A DNA stretch of 64,000 nt from Felis catus. Lineage: Eukaryota. The stretch spans positions 229,030,001 through 229,094,000 of the forward strand of contig NC_058368.1 of NCBI RefSeq assembly GCF_018350175.1. The letters run 5' to 3'. A model generated the notes under the pieces. It worked only from the letters and a program-made list of their open reading frames with translations. It did not search any database and was not told the DNA's origin. Shown piece after piece: positions 51,997-63,402 of this stretch. Numbering within the stretch: position 1 is the stretch's first letter; each line of letters opens with the position of its first letter. Both the position numbers and the translations under genes were made by a program.

Positions 51997-52679
51997 AGCG
52001 TCGCTGCATCCAGCTTAATGTCTGATGCACAAGTATTTCTGCATCCTCAGCAAATTAGTAACCAAAATTGTAACTTTTGGGGTCTCTGGTTTATTAGAAC
52101 AAGTTGCAAAATTGTTATGCATTAATATGTATACCAGCACAGAAAAGAGGAAAAGCATATACTCTGCAACATTTTACTCACTGTAATCGAAGGCTTTCAT
52201 TGGACTGATGGCATGCTTATAATTACCATGAATGCTATGTATGATATCATTGTTACAATTTAGTGTTGAAAAATGCCTGGAACCTTTGCTTTGTTGGTAA
52301 AAGCTGGAAGGAATTCAAATTTATATGTAATAAAATGAAATGCTTTTAGCCATCTGCAAGCTAAAACATAAAAGTTATCCAGCATTCATAAGTATGTCCT
52401 CCAAAAAATTTTTTTGAAACATTGAAGACAAAGGAAACATTAGATTAATAATTAAAAATGCATGAACTTAGTGCTGCTTACACACCAGAGTAGACTATCA
52501 GGCTAGTTTTGTAAAGCTATTTGATTACTTAGTATTTTATGTGAGTTTCTATCTCTTTGGTCTTCTTCCATAATGGATTGTTTTGAGGGAAAAAAAAAAA
52601 TAATGTGCTCCTAAAAATTGACTTCTGACCTCAGGTACCATGTTTTCAGATGAATATTCTTTAGTGTATATTTTCTTTA

Positions 52680-52885
52680 AAAATTTTTTTCAATGTTTAT
52701 TTATTTTTGAGAGACAGAGCATAAGTGGGGGAGGGCAGAGAGAGAGGGACACACAGAGCCCAAAGCAGGTTCCAGGCTCTGAGCTGTCGGCACACAGCCC
52801 GACGCTGGGCTCAAACCCATGAACGGTGAGATCATGACCGGAGCCGAAGTCGGATGCTTAACTGACTGAGCCACCCAGGTGCCCC
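52680..52885 (-). mobile_element. Can-SINE
   Basis: TSD tagtgtat(a/g)ttttcttt. Confidence 0.95.
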
Positions 52886-53164
52886 TAGTGTATGTTTTCT
52901 TTTAAAAAAATCAAATAGTCTGTTTGTGGTTTGATACATGTTTCCATGGAAATTAATCATTTAGCTATCAAATAAAGGATTTTTTAAAATGAGGATTAGT
53001 ATGATACTTTTATGAACCAGCTGAAATAATGAATAGAGAAGACCACAGGCATCTAGCTTGCGCAGTTGAAAAGTTTGGGGAAACTGGCAACTATTACCTA
53101 GCTTATGTGTTTGCACTTTAGTTTCCTATTAAACCAGCAAATAAGCAATGCATTGGATCTAGGA

Positions 53165-53354
53165 CTTTTTAAAAATTCTATGTATTTATTTTCAGGGAGA
53201 GAGAGAGCACGTGCGCACAAAGGGCAGAAAGAGTGGGAAAGAGAATTCCCAGCAGGCTCCACTCTGTCAGCACGGAGCCAGGTGCGGGGCTCAGTCCCAC
53301 AAACCTGTGAGATCATGACCTGACACTTAACCAAGTGAGCCACCCAGGTGCCCC
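53165..53354 (-). mobile_element. Can-SINE (internal deletion)
   Basis: Degenerate TSD agcaatg..ttggat.tag. Confidence 0.9.
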
Positions 53355-54231
53355 AGCAATGTGTTGGATTTAGATGCTAAGTATCCAAGTAGAACTATGG
53401 GTCAGAAAATATTTGTACAAAGAAGACTCACTAAAAAGTTGTAACCACAAAATAAACACAAATTTATAGATAGTATTTCAAGAGCAGTCATATATATTAA
53501 CTGGATAAAAAAAAAAACCATGAAATAAGACAATAATAAGGAATTATAAAATATTATAATTTTTTTTTAATTGCCAAAAAGAAAAACTTGGGAAAAAAAG
53601 ATCTTACAGACTCAGATAAAATTGCAAATGGAAGAAAATGTTTTACACGTGATGATCAAACTAGAAAGAATATAAGAGAACAATGCACAAATTACAGTAT
53701 GCCAAAAAGTGGTGAGAAAGAAAATTTCTTAAACCAGAAACCATAAAACAATTTCAAAAATACATAAATACATTCCTTTTGAAGGATTAAAAATACATTA
53801 CAGATCAAGAGATGCTGGAAAGATACAAATCAAAAAAAAAGCAGAGGACGTAATTCTTATATATGAGTCCTGACCAAAGAACTAAGAGAGAAAGACAGAT
53901 ACTTTATAATGATTAGGGGTACAGTTCCCACTGGCTAGCTAGCAGATAGGAAAACATATGCACACGATTACATAGCAAAAACTGACATGAGATGAAATAA
54001 TAGAAGACTCAAGGAGAAACAAGGATAATAAAACCTTTTTATATACTTTTCAGTTACTCAATATTTTATATGAATTTCTTTGTTATTCTTCCAGAGTGAA
54101 TTGGCTTTTGGTGGGGTGGGGGAAAAGTGATGTACTTGTACTAAAATTTGATGTGTGAACTAGTAAAGCATGTTTTAAGATGGAAATTCATACCTGTATA
54201 TAGCAACAATAGTAATTGTACCATTTATTTT

Positions 54232-54320
54232 ATTTTATTTTTATTATATATTTTAATTTATTTAATTTGAGAGAGAGAGAGAGTGCACCTGCACCTGTAA
54301 GTGAGTGGGGGGGAGGGGGG

Positions 54321-54364
<44 letters not shown>

Positions 54365-54487
54365 CTTAAGCAGGCTCCACACACAGCATGGAGCCTGACT
54401 CACAACTTGATTTCACGACCCTGGGACCATGACCTGAGCCAAAATCAAAAGTCTGATGCTTAATCTACTGAGCCATCCTGGTGCCCC
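54232..54487 (-). mobile_element. Can-SINE with (GA)n
   Basis: TSD tgtaccat. Confidence 0.92.
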
Positions 54488-54596
54488 TGTACCATATTTT
54501 TCAGATACAGTGGAATATTCACAACATTTTTAAATAGCGTGACTAAAGTAAACAACTCAAGAAATTCAAAGGAATAATATAAAGAAATTACATACC

Positions 54597-54856
54597 AGGT
54601 TCTGGAGATCTAATGTGCACATGGTGACTACTGTAATTGTATTATCTACTTAAAATTGGCTGAGAGAGTAGGTCTACAGTGTTCTCATTGCACACACATA
54701 CATGAGAATGGTAACAATATGAGGTGATGAGTATGTTAATTACCTTGTCTGGTAACTATTTCACAAAGTATACATATATCAAAACATCCCATTGTATACA
54801 GTAAATATATACAGTTTTTATTTGTCATAATGCCTTAATGAATCTGGGGATTAAAA
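54597..54856 (+). mobile_element. L1 3' end (L1MA9/10-like)
   Basis: ttctggagatctaatgt...gaggtgatgagtatgttaatta...tatacatatatcaaaacatc. Confidence 0.8.
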
Positions 54857-55099
54857 GGAAATAGTAGGAGGAATTAACATCGAACAGAAAACAAGAAAAA
54901 ACAAAACACTTTATGCCAAAAAATTAAAAACAAATAAACAACAATGACAATGTTTTTTAAGGAACCCTCGCTTCAAAAACAAAATTAGGTAAAAATTTTA
55001 AATTTCTCAAATATAATGATAACATATAAATAATAATCCCCATACTAAAGAATCCAGAAAAATCATGTACAGAGGAATATTTGTAGCATAATACATTAA

Positions 55100-55490
55100 T
55101 ATCAATATAATTTTCAAATGACCTATAAATCTATAAAACCTATAAAAACATATAGTACTTCTCAAAGGCACATTATTATGCCAGAACAAACACAAAGCCC
55201 TACTATGTCCCCTATGTTTAAAAGACTGTGGTATTGGCCTATAAATAGACCTTTGGAAAAAAATAGAAATTTCAGAAACATAAACTATAGTATGTGGGAA
55301 TTTAGAGTACAAAAAACGTCATTTCAAAACAACTGGGGAGACCTGAATTTTGTAACTAAGAATATTTGGGATAACTGGGTAGTCATATGGAAAAAAAAAG
55401 AAAAGGTAAAACTATATCAATTCCTTACACCTTAGCCAAGGATAAATGACAAATAAATCAAATTGTTAGATCTAGAAAATAAATGATTCT
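55100..55490 (+). mobile_element. Old L1 ORF2 fragment
   Basis: aagactgtggtattggc, tgggataactgggtagtcatatgg; ORF-track peptides LWYW and WDNW. Confidence 0.6.
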
Positions 55491-55491
55491 A

Positions 55492-55975
55492 TTAAGCCAT
55501 GAAAAAATATGGAGAACAAAGTGAATGTTACTAAGTAAAAGAAGCCAATCTGGAAAGGGTACATACTGTGTGATTCCAACTGTATGACGTTCTTTAAAAG
55601 GCAAAACTATGGGGGCAGTAAAAGATCAGAGGTTGCCAAAAATTGGGGAAAAAGGAACTAATAGGGCAAGCACAGAGGATTTTCAGGGCAGTGAAAGTAC
55701 TCTGCATGCTATTTAATGATGTATACATGTCATTATTCATTTGTCCAAACCCATTGAGTCTACAACACCAAGAGCGAACCCTATGGTAAACCCTATGGAC
55801 TCTGCACTGATGTAGGTTCATCAGTTGTAACAAATGTACAACTCTGGTGCCATATATTAATAGTGAGGCAATATGTGTGCATATGGATGCAAAGGGCGTA
55901 TGAGAAATCTTGTACGTTTCCATTCAATTTTGCTTTGAACCAAAGAACTCTAAAATCACTAGTCTTAATAAAAAA
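55492..55975 (+). mobile_element. L1 3' end (L1MC1-like)
   Basis: gaagccaatctggaaagggtacatactgtgtgattccaact, gcacagaggattttcagggcagtgaaa, atttgtccaaacccat. Confidence 0.85.
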
Positions 55976-56036
55976 GAAATGATTGATTCTAGTTAATAGG
56001 TAAAGAAGGAATAATAGAACTTGAATGTTATCATTT

Positions 56037-56325
56037 AATTTTTTAATTTTTAATTTATTTTTATTTTTTAAATTTATTTTAATGTCTATTTTTGTGAGAG
56101 AGAGAGAAAGAGAGAGACAGAATATGAGTGGGGGAGGTGCAGACAGAGAGAGAAGGACAGAATCTGAAGCAGGATCCAGCCTCGGAGCTGTCAACACAAT
56201 GCAGGATCCAGCCTCGGAGCTGTCAACACAATGCAGGAGCTCAATGCAGGACTTGAACTCACGAACCATGATCATGACCTGAGCAGAAGTGGGACACTTA
56301 ACCCATTGAGCCACCCAGGTGCCCC
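56037..56325 (-). mobile_element. Can-SINE with an internal 32-bp tandem duplication
   Basis: Duplicated units at 56169-56200 and 56201-56232. Confidence 0.93.
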
Positions 56326-56332
56326 ATCATTT

Positions 56333-56522
56333 TATTTTTCTAAAGTTTATTTATTTTTGACAGGGGGGAGGGCAGAAAGAGAAGAAGAAATAGAATCTGA
56401 AGCAGGCTGCAGGCTCTGAGCTGCCAGCACAGAGCCATACACAGAGCTCAAACTCATGAACCAGAAGATCATGACCTGTGCTGAAGTTGGATGTTTCACT
56501 GACTGAACCACGCAGGCGCCCC
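56333..56522 (-). mobile_element. Can-SINE
   Basis: Antisense SINE; TSD tgaatgttat(c/t)attt flanks the whole pair. Confidence 0.92.
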
Positions 56523-57051
56523 AATGAATGTTATTATTTTAAAAACCTTTTTGAAACAAAAAATGTAGACAATAGTTATCAGTAAGGTTATCATCGATAC
56601 TGGAAGACCTTGGATAGTATGTGTATTCCGTTTGGGTTGCACCTCACCATCTATGAAGCATTCGTACTGAATATGGGAACTGGATCAAATTAGATCTCCA
56701 GATTTAATACCAGAAAAAATAACTGGCAGAGTGTAGACAACACCAGGGAACAGAGGCCTATGCCATGGGAATGCATTTTGCAGAGTCTAACATATGATAT
56801 ACATAATTTACAGCATAAATTTAATAAATTAATAAAATGAATTATAAGGCCAGAGGAAAAGACAAGAAAGCCACAAAAGATAAAACATGAATATACAATG
56901 TATGGACTTTGACTAAATCAACTAGATTTTTTTTAATGCTGTGAGTGGAAAACTTTGAACACTTTCTAGATTAAGTAAATGTTTTATAGTAACCATTAAT
57001 TTTCAGGATGGATAATGGCTATGTCTTCATTTTAAAATATGCTGTATCTTC

Positions 57052-57222
57052 TTTTTAAGCGTATTTATTTATTTTGAAAGAGAGGGAGAGTGCAAGTGGG
57101 AGAGGGGCACAGAGAGAGGGAGAGAGAATCCCATGCAAGGCTCATTTCCACAAACCACAAAATCATGACTTGAGCTGAAACCAAGAGTTGGATGCTTAAA
57201 CAACTGAGCCACTCAGACCCCC
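57052..57222 (-). mobile_element. Can-SINE (internally deleted)
   Basis: Antisense SINE ending ctgagccactcagacccc. Confidence 0.88.
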
Positions 57223-57349
57223 TTAAAACCTGTGGTATCTTTTAAAGATGCACACAAATATTATCATGAAAATTTTGATTTCTATGGTTGATTTCACAAT
57301 AAGTGTGTATGAATGTTATAGATGACATAAGAATAATTAAGTGTTGGGA

Positions 57350-57474
57350 GGGGACTGGCTGGCTCAGTTGGTAGAGCATGTGACTCGATCTCCGGGTTGT
57401 GAGTTGGAGCCCCATATTGGGCATAGAACCTACTTAAATAAATAAATAAGTAAATAAATAAATAAATAAATAAA
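57350..57474 (+). mobile_element. Short tRNA-Lys-like SINE (ancestral Can-SINE monomer or tRNA retropseudogene)
   Basis: tggctggctcagttggtagagcatgtgactc...gttgtgagttggagccccatattgggca resembles tRNA-Lys(CTT); (TAAA)n tail; no CT linker. Confidence 0.8.
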
Positions 57475-58069
57475 GCTATGTCTTGATATTTGTTGGATGG
57501 CCGCTCTTTATACTCTTATCTTTTCTATTGTATACATTGGAAATTCTCCACAATAAAAAAGTGCAATTTTTTGAAAATAAATAGCTTACTTCTATAGGAG
57601 TGATACTAAATAATTTAATTTACTGTTTATGAGATGATTTTCTTCTCTCATAGTTAAATATAATTTTATAAGCTTATGTTTTCAAAATATGTTAGGTTAT
57701 TTTGATGTAACCTTGAATATATGGACCTCATGGAAAACTTTGGGGTGTATTTTACACTTTATTTGACTGGATAAGTTGAAAAGGAAACGTATTTCAGACA
57801 GGAGCTCAGTCTGAAACATAATGTAGAGGACACTGCTCTAGGTTCTCATTGTTAATCTCACTCTTATTTTTAGTTGAAGATCCTGCAATCAATGTTGAAG
57901 CATTAATTTAGAGCAAGAAAGTTGAAAAATCACCACTTGTAACAAATTTGGACCTTTTGTCATTGATCACGTTCCCGAGGAAATGAAGATTGCTGAAGCA
58001 GAAAAATTCTACTGGACTGCTAAATGCCAGAAACATAATGGAAAGTTGCCACTTTGACAATATTGATAT

Positions 58070-58070
58070 T

Positions 58071-58129
<59 letters not shown>

Positions 58130-58222
58130 TATATGTATATATATATAGGTATATATGTATATGTATATGTATATATGTATATATATATGTATATATATAT
58201 ATGTATACATATATACATATAT

Positions 58223-58274
<52 letters not shown>
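58070..58274. repeat. Compound (TATACA)n/(TATG)/(TA)n microsatellite
   Basis: Read directly, about 200 bp. Confidence 0.95.
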
Positions 58275-58276
<2 letters not shown>

Positions 58277-59028
58277 TTTGAAGGGAACATAGCAATAAAA
58301 TAAATATTTTGGTCTGCTGTGTTTGATTTGAAAAACAGCAAAGGATGTCACAAGTGTTATAGTATTTAGATTAGACTCAATTCCAAAAAAATAAAAAATA
58401 AAAAACCGAAACCATAATATATACACCACTAATATATAAACTTATATTTTGGTGGGAAGAAAATGAAATACATCTATAGTTACCTTTCATTTGGCATTAT
58501 TGGGCATTAGTAAAGTTTACATAAATGAGGCACATAATCTTGTTTGCCTTTGTCACAATTTAGAGGGTTTTGAATTGAAATAATGAAATAATTAGTTAGA
58601 TTCCTATTTGAATTACTAAGCTTTAATTTCTTGTAATGACTAAAAGAAATAATCAATAGTTTGCTACCTGTTTTACATCACATAACTCAATTGGAAAATA
58701 GAGTGTCTTGTCAAATAAAAACCACAAATTTATTTTGTGATTTCTAATAATGACTGATTGGATCATTATAGCAATCTATCTTTATTATCCTACTCTAAAT
58801 TTAAATAGATTTAGTACTAATTAGTTTAGTATTCAAATTCTTTAAATGACCAAGTTGTCTGCCATGATATGCTAATTAGTTGCTAAAGCCAACACCGTCC
58901 CTTGGTATCTCTTGAAATCATGGCAGCTCATCTCCAGAAAACGTACTTCTTGAATACACCCCATATTCTTACAGACCCAAGATGATTGAAATAAAATATA
59001 TATACAATTTTCCTGTACTGAATCAATT

Positions 59029-60352
59029 GTATCAGAAGCTGTCAGCACCACATTCAAATCCTTCGGTCCTGATACTGCAGTGATACTTGTCCAATTTCCA
59101 ACAGTCAGCACCTGTGTTTCTTTGCCTGATAATTTTCTCTGTCAACTGGCACCTGATTAGACCTCATATGCTCTAGGCCTGTAATGCTGTGAAATACTGA
59201 CCACCATCTTCAGACCCCACTCCAGGAGTCATCCTGTAATGACTTGTAGGGCTTAATAAATAAATAAATCTGTCTCAAGTGGGATTACTTTTAGATAAGT
59301 GTTTCTAAACTAGAATTCAGGTTTTTTTTTTTTTAGTGGGATCAAGCTCCAGTTATTCATAAAGGTGATTATTGATAGTATACCATTTAATGTAGGACCT
59401 CTGGTTTCCATTATACTTTCCTATTTTACACCAGTGGTTCCTAGGATAAACTTCTAAGTAAACTACTGGCACTTGCACTCTTGTTTTGTGTTGTAGACTC
59501 TCAGTCTAGCAAGAGACTTGTCTAGCAAGAGAGTAGGATGCAGGATGAAAAACAAGAGATGACTAACGTCCAGGAAAAGACAAGAGCCCTGAATAAGGGT
59601 CCTTGCCCCATATTTATTAAGATCATAAGGCTTACAAGCACGATAGGCATGCACAAAGAGACAATGAAACTGTGAACATTAACTCATGGGCATGAGGGAA
59701 AGGGGGTTTTTAAGATATGTGGTGTTTGGGGCTTGGGTCGCTATAAAACAAAACCCTGGCACTGGACAGATGGGCAGATGGTTGTTAATGGCAGACAGGA
59801 GGTGCCATGTCTGTTTATCTTAGCTAGCCTAGGGGAGAAGACAGATAGGGGGAATAACCTCAGGGTTAACAAGGCACCTTTCTTTTGTTAATCATCTCCG
59901 CTCTGGGCAGCTTCACCTGCAGCACAATGCAGGGTCTATAGCCCTGTTTGCCTGCTTTCTTAATTTGGTCCTTCCTGTGAAAGCAGCTTTCTGCTATAGT
60001 ATAAAATTGGGGGGTGTTTTAGCCCTGAACACCTAATCTTGCTTACCTCATATATGTTTGTATTGTGTGCCTTTGCATCCCTCTCTGTTCTGGGAACTTT
60101 GCCCCTCCCTCTCTATTCTAGGAGCTCTGCACCCCCTCTCTAGTCTGGGTACCTTTGTACCTCCCTATTCTTGGTACCTTTGCACCTCCCTATTCTGGGC
60201 TGCTAATCTTGTTTACCCAAACTCTGGTGTGAGCATCCCGTGGCTTTGTACTTCTTTATGTCTTGTTAACCCATTGGTGTAAGCGTGGGGGATTCCTAAG
60301 CTTATTCCCCACAGTTTTGGGATCTGATTTGGAGAGCTTAAACATAGACACC
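59029..60352 (+). mobile_element. ERVL LTR (LTR16-family-like), split near its 3' end by the ERVK-like LTR
   Basis: gtgggatcaagctccagtt, taaactactggcac, resumes gggatctgatttggagagcttaaacatagaca. Confidence 0.6.
59489..60313 (-). mobile_element. ERV solo LTR (ERVK/class II-like), copy B
   Basis: TG...CA termini; perfect 6-bp TSD gttttg at 59483-59488 and 60314-60319; minus-strand AATAAA at 59613-59618. Confidence 0.92.
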
Positions 60353-61661
60353 TAGTAACAGACTTTATCCTAGCAAGTAGGTCCTTGGGATGGAATCCTG
60401 TCATTGACTGACATGTGAGCCAGATATCAGCCAGCCTCCCTTTGCTGTTTTTCATTCGGGTGATGTATATGGTATTACTGTTTGTAATACTATCACATAT
60501 TGTGAATAGGGATGGCATGTAATTGGAAACATTCACTTGTCAATGCAACATCTATAATGTTTGAGAGGAATAACAAGTAATTATAAAGATTGTAGGGTTT
60601 GTTGCTCATTGCAAGGAGCCACATACAAATGACAGGCCTAAGATAGATAACTATGAATTCATGGCTTGGTGTGAAAGCTAGAAGGCCACTGTGGCAAGGG
60701 CTCATTTCTTTAAGCTAGACAAAAGCTGTGCTGATAAGATTCCCAGTATCAGATTGTGTGATATCAGAGTTACAAAAACATAAAGCATACAAAAACATGT
60801 TTTATGCTAGAGTTGTAGTCTGATAAGTTAGTCATGGAACCCTGAAACCTTGAGTACCTGCATTTAGGTGAATACACTTTAGATCCCCCAAATTCCAGAT
60901 TTACATTGATCCTTACCACTCTTGTCCTTAGCATCATAGTCATTCATGTCCAGTGTCCTGAAATCATTATCTGTGATAGAAGAAATAATCCTCTTCTTTT
61001 TGCTAGGGGTAGTAGAAAGGAAAGCACATGAAGACCTCAGTTGAAGTACACCTCTCACAAGATTATAACTGATATTCTTAAATTCTGCTTCAACTTCATG
61101 TCAATAACATAGGGAAGGATAAAGCCTTATCTCCCACTACATATCAAGAGCAACTATCAAGGTAAAAATGTTGTGTATATTATCATGAATGTCAATTCAG
61201 AGGAGCTATGTGTCATTATCAAAATCTTACCAGTTTTCAATATTTACATAGTAATTTAGCAAATGAGTGGTTTAGAAAAATGAGTTTTAGCTTAACACTG
61301 GCAATGGGAAGCCTTTCTTCTGATTACCTTCACTTCAATAAGTACTTGCTCCAAACACACTTTCAAAATGAAATGCTTAGCAAGAGGCAGGTGGGTAGAG
61401 CTACTCTATGATCAGTTGATGATTTATTAATGTCTCAGGATGTAATTGTTCTGCTTTCTATGCACTGCCATCATCCATATGTCATAGATCACCATTCTGT
61501 CTTCCCCATTTGCTGGCCTTCTATTTTAACTGTGTTGTTTCCATATCCAAGTATACCTGATTTCTACGTATTCTTTACCTCCAAATATGTCAGCTATATA
61601 TATCAATTTCCAGGAATACAAAAACTGATGTCTCAAATTATTTTGTGCTTATGTGTGTGGC

Positions 61662-62093
61662 TGTTGGATTGCAACCCACTCAGGAGCTTACTGGGTATAA
61701 ACTGAAATTGACCCCTGTTTTTAGAGGGCAAAGAGAAACTAAAGAAAAAGGCCACTCCAGGTGGCTGGTAGCAGTTTTAATAATAGCAAAGGGAACTTAC
61801 ATGAGTCTTGTCTCATGTGGCAGCAAGACAAATGGATCCCACCACCTTCCCTTCAATTTTCAAAGTTTAAAAAGAGACCTTATCTCTGTGAACTCAGTCA
61901 CATGTATCATCCTGGTGTTTTCAATACCATATCCCTATCTTAAGGCTATGTCCTTGGAGCAGTTTCTGGGAGTGGAGGGGGAAAGGTATGAAGAACCCAC
62001 ATTGCAAAGACACGGAGAGGATGAGGAGCCTCTGAGTGCTTGGGTCCAGCTCACCAATCAGTGGTCACATCTTTCGGATGACATTTCCCAACA
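61662..62093 (-). mobile_element. Solo LTR, family not assigned
   Basis: Inverted termini tgttgg...ccaaca, 432 bp, more GC-rich than flanks; flanks gtggc/atgac resemble a decayed 5-bp TSD. Confidence 0.65.
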
Positions 62094-62249
62094 ATGACTC
62101 TGAAATTACATTTTATGTAGATATTATTATAATACTGTAGCATTGTAATCTCAACAAGTTTATCTCAAAGGAATTTAAAAGTAATTAATCTCAAGTGTAG
62201 AATAGGAAAATGATTATAAAGAACAAGGCAATTTACAAGAATTTTTTAA

Positions 62250-62349
62250 GTTAATGTTTTTTTGTTGAGATAAGGTGTACATTGTGTTGATCTGATAATT
62301 TACTACTGTAGCATTACCTCTCCCCTACATTATATTGCAAAATTATCAG

Positions 62350-62389
<40 letters not shown>

Positions 62390-62742
62390 CAAGAACATTT
62401 AAGGTCTAATTTCTTAGCAACTGTGAAAGATACAGTAGAGCATAGTTGACTTTAACCACAATACTGTGCATTAGATCTCCAGAGCATGTTCATTTTCTGT
62501 CAGTTTTTACACTTTGGCCTGTATCTATCTCCCCAATTCCACCACCACCTCCCAACCGCTGAAAACCAACAGTCTACCCTCTGTTTCTATGATTTTAATT
62601 TTTTTTAATTCCACATATAAGTGGTACCATGCAATATTTGTCTTTCTCTGACTTATTTCACTTGGCATAATGACCTCAAGGTCCATCCGTGTTGCCACAA
62701 ATGGCAGGATTTCCTTCTTTCTCATGGTTGAGTAATAGTCCT
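62250..62742 (-). mobile_element. L1 3' end (older carnivore or L1MA-like)
   Basis: cattagatctccaga, ttccacatataagtg, gacttatttcacttggcataatg, aatggcaggatttccttc; (GT)n at 62353-62388. Confidence 0.85.
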
Positions 62743-62743
62743 T

Positions 62744-62817
<74 letters not shown>
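62743..62817. repeat. (CT)n(GT)n(AT)n compound microsatellite
   Basis: Read directly. Confidence 0.95.
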
Positions 62818-62824
<7 letters not shown>

Positions 62825-63402
62825 CAAAGGATACAGGAGTGCTGATGCATAGGGGCACATGTACTCCAATATTTATAGCAGTGCTTTCAACAATCGCCAA
62901 ATTATGGAAAGAGCATAAATGTCCAGCAACTGATGAATGGATAAAGAAGATGTAGTTTATATACTCAATGGAATACTACTTGGCAATCAGAAAGAATGAA
63001 ATTCTACCATTTGCAGCAATGTGAATGGAACTGAAGGGTATTATGCTAAGTGAAATAAATCAGTCAGAGAAAGAGACACATATCATATGTCTTCACTCAT
63101 ATGTGGAACATGGGAAAGTTAACAGAAGACCATGGGGGAAGGGAAGGGTAACAAAATAGTTGCAAACAGAGGAAGGGAGGCAAACCATAAGAGACCCTTA
63201 AATACAGAGAACAAACTGAGGGTTGATGGTGGGGGGAGAGGGGAAATGGGTGATGGGCATTGAGGAGGGCACTTGCTGGGATGAGCACTGGGTATTGTAT
63301 GTAAGCTATGAGTCACGGGAATTTACCCCCAAAACCAAGAGTATACTGTATACACTGTTAGCCAACTTGTCAATAAATTATATATAAAAAAAATAAATAA
63401 AT
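62818..63402 (+). mobile_element. Younger felid-type L1 3' end (ORF2 C-terminus, 3'UTR, A tail)
   Basis: The ORF track gives HRGTCTPIFIAVLSTIAKLWKEHKCPATDEWIKKM; 3'UTR gagaacaaactgagggttgatgg...gagcactgggtattgtatg; A-rich tail. Confidence 0.92.

Noticed and set aside
58872..59111. 79-aa minus-strand ORF
   Set aside because: Partly overlaps the LTR16-like element; non-ATG start; no recognisable homology
40857..60313. One large provirus bounded by the two related LTRs
   Set aside because: The LTRs are in opposite orientation, each has its own TSD, and there is no gag/pol/env between them
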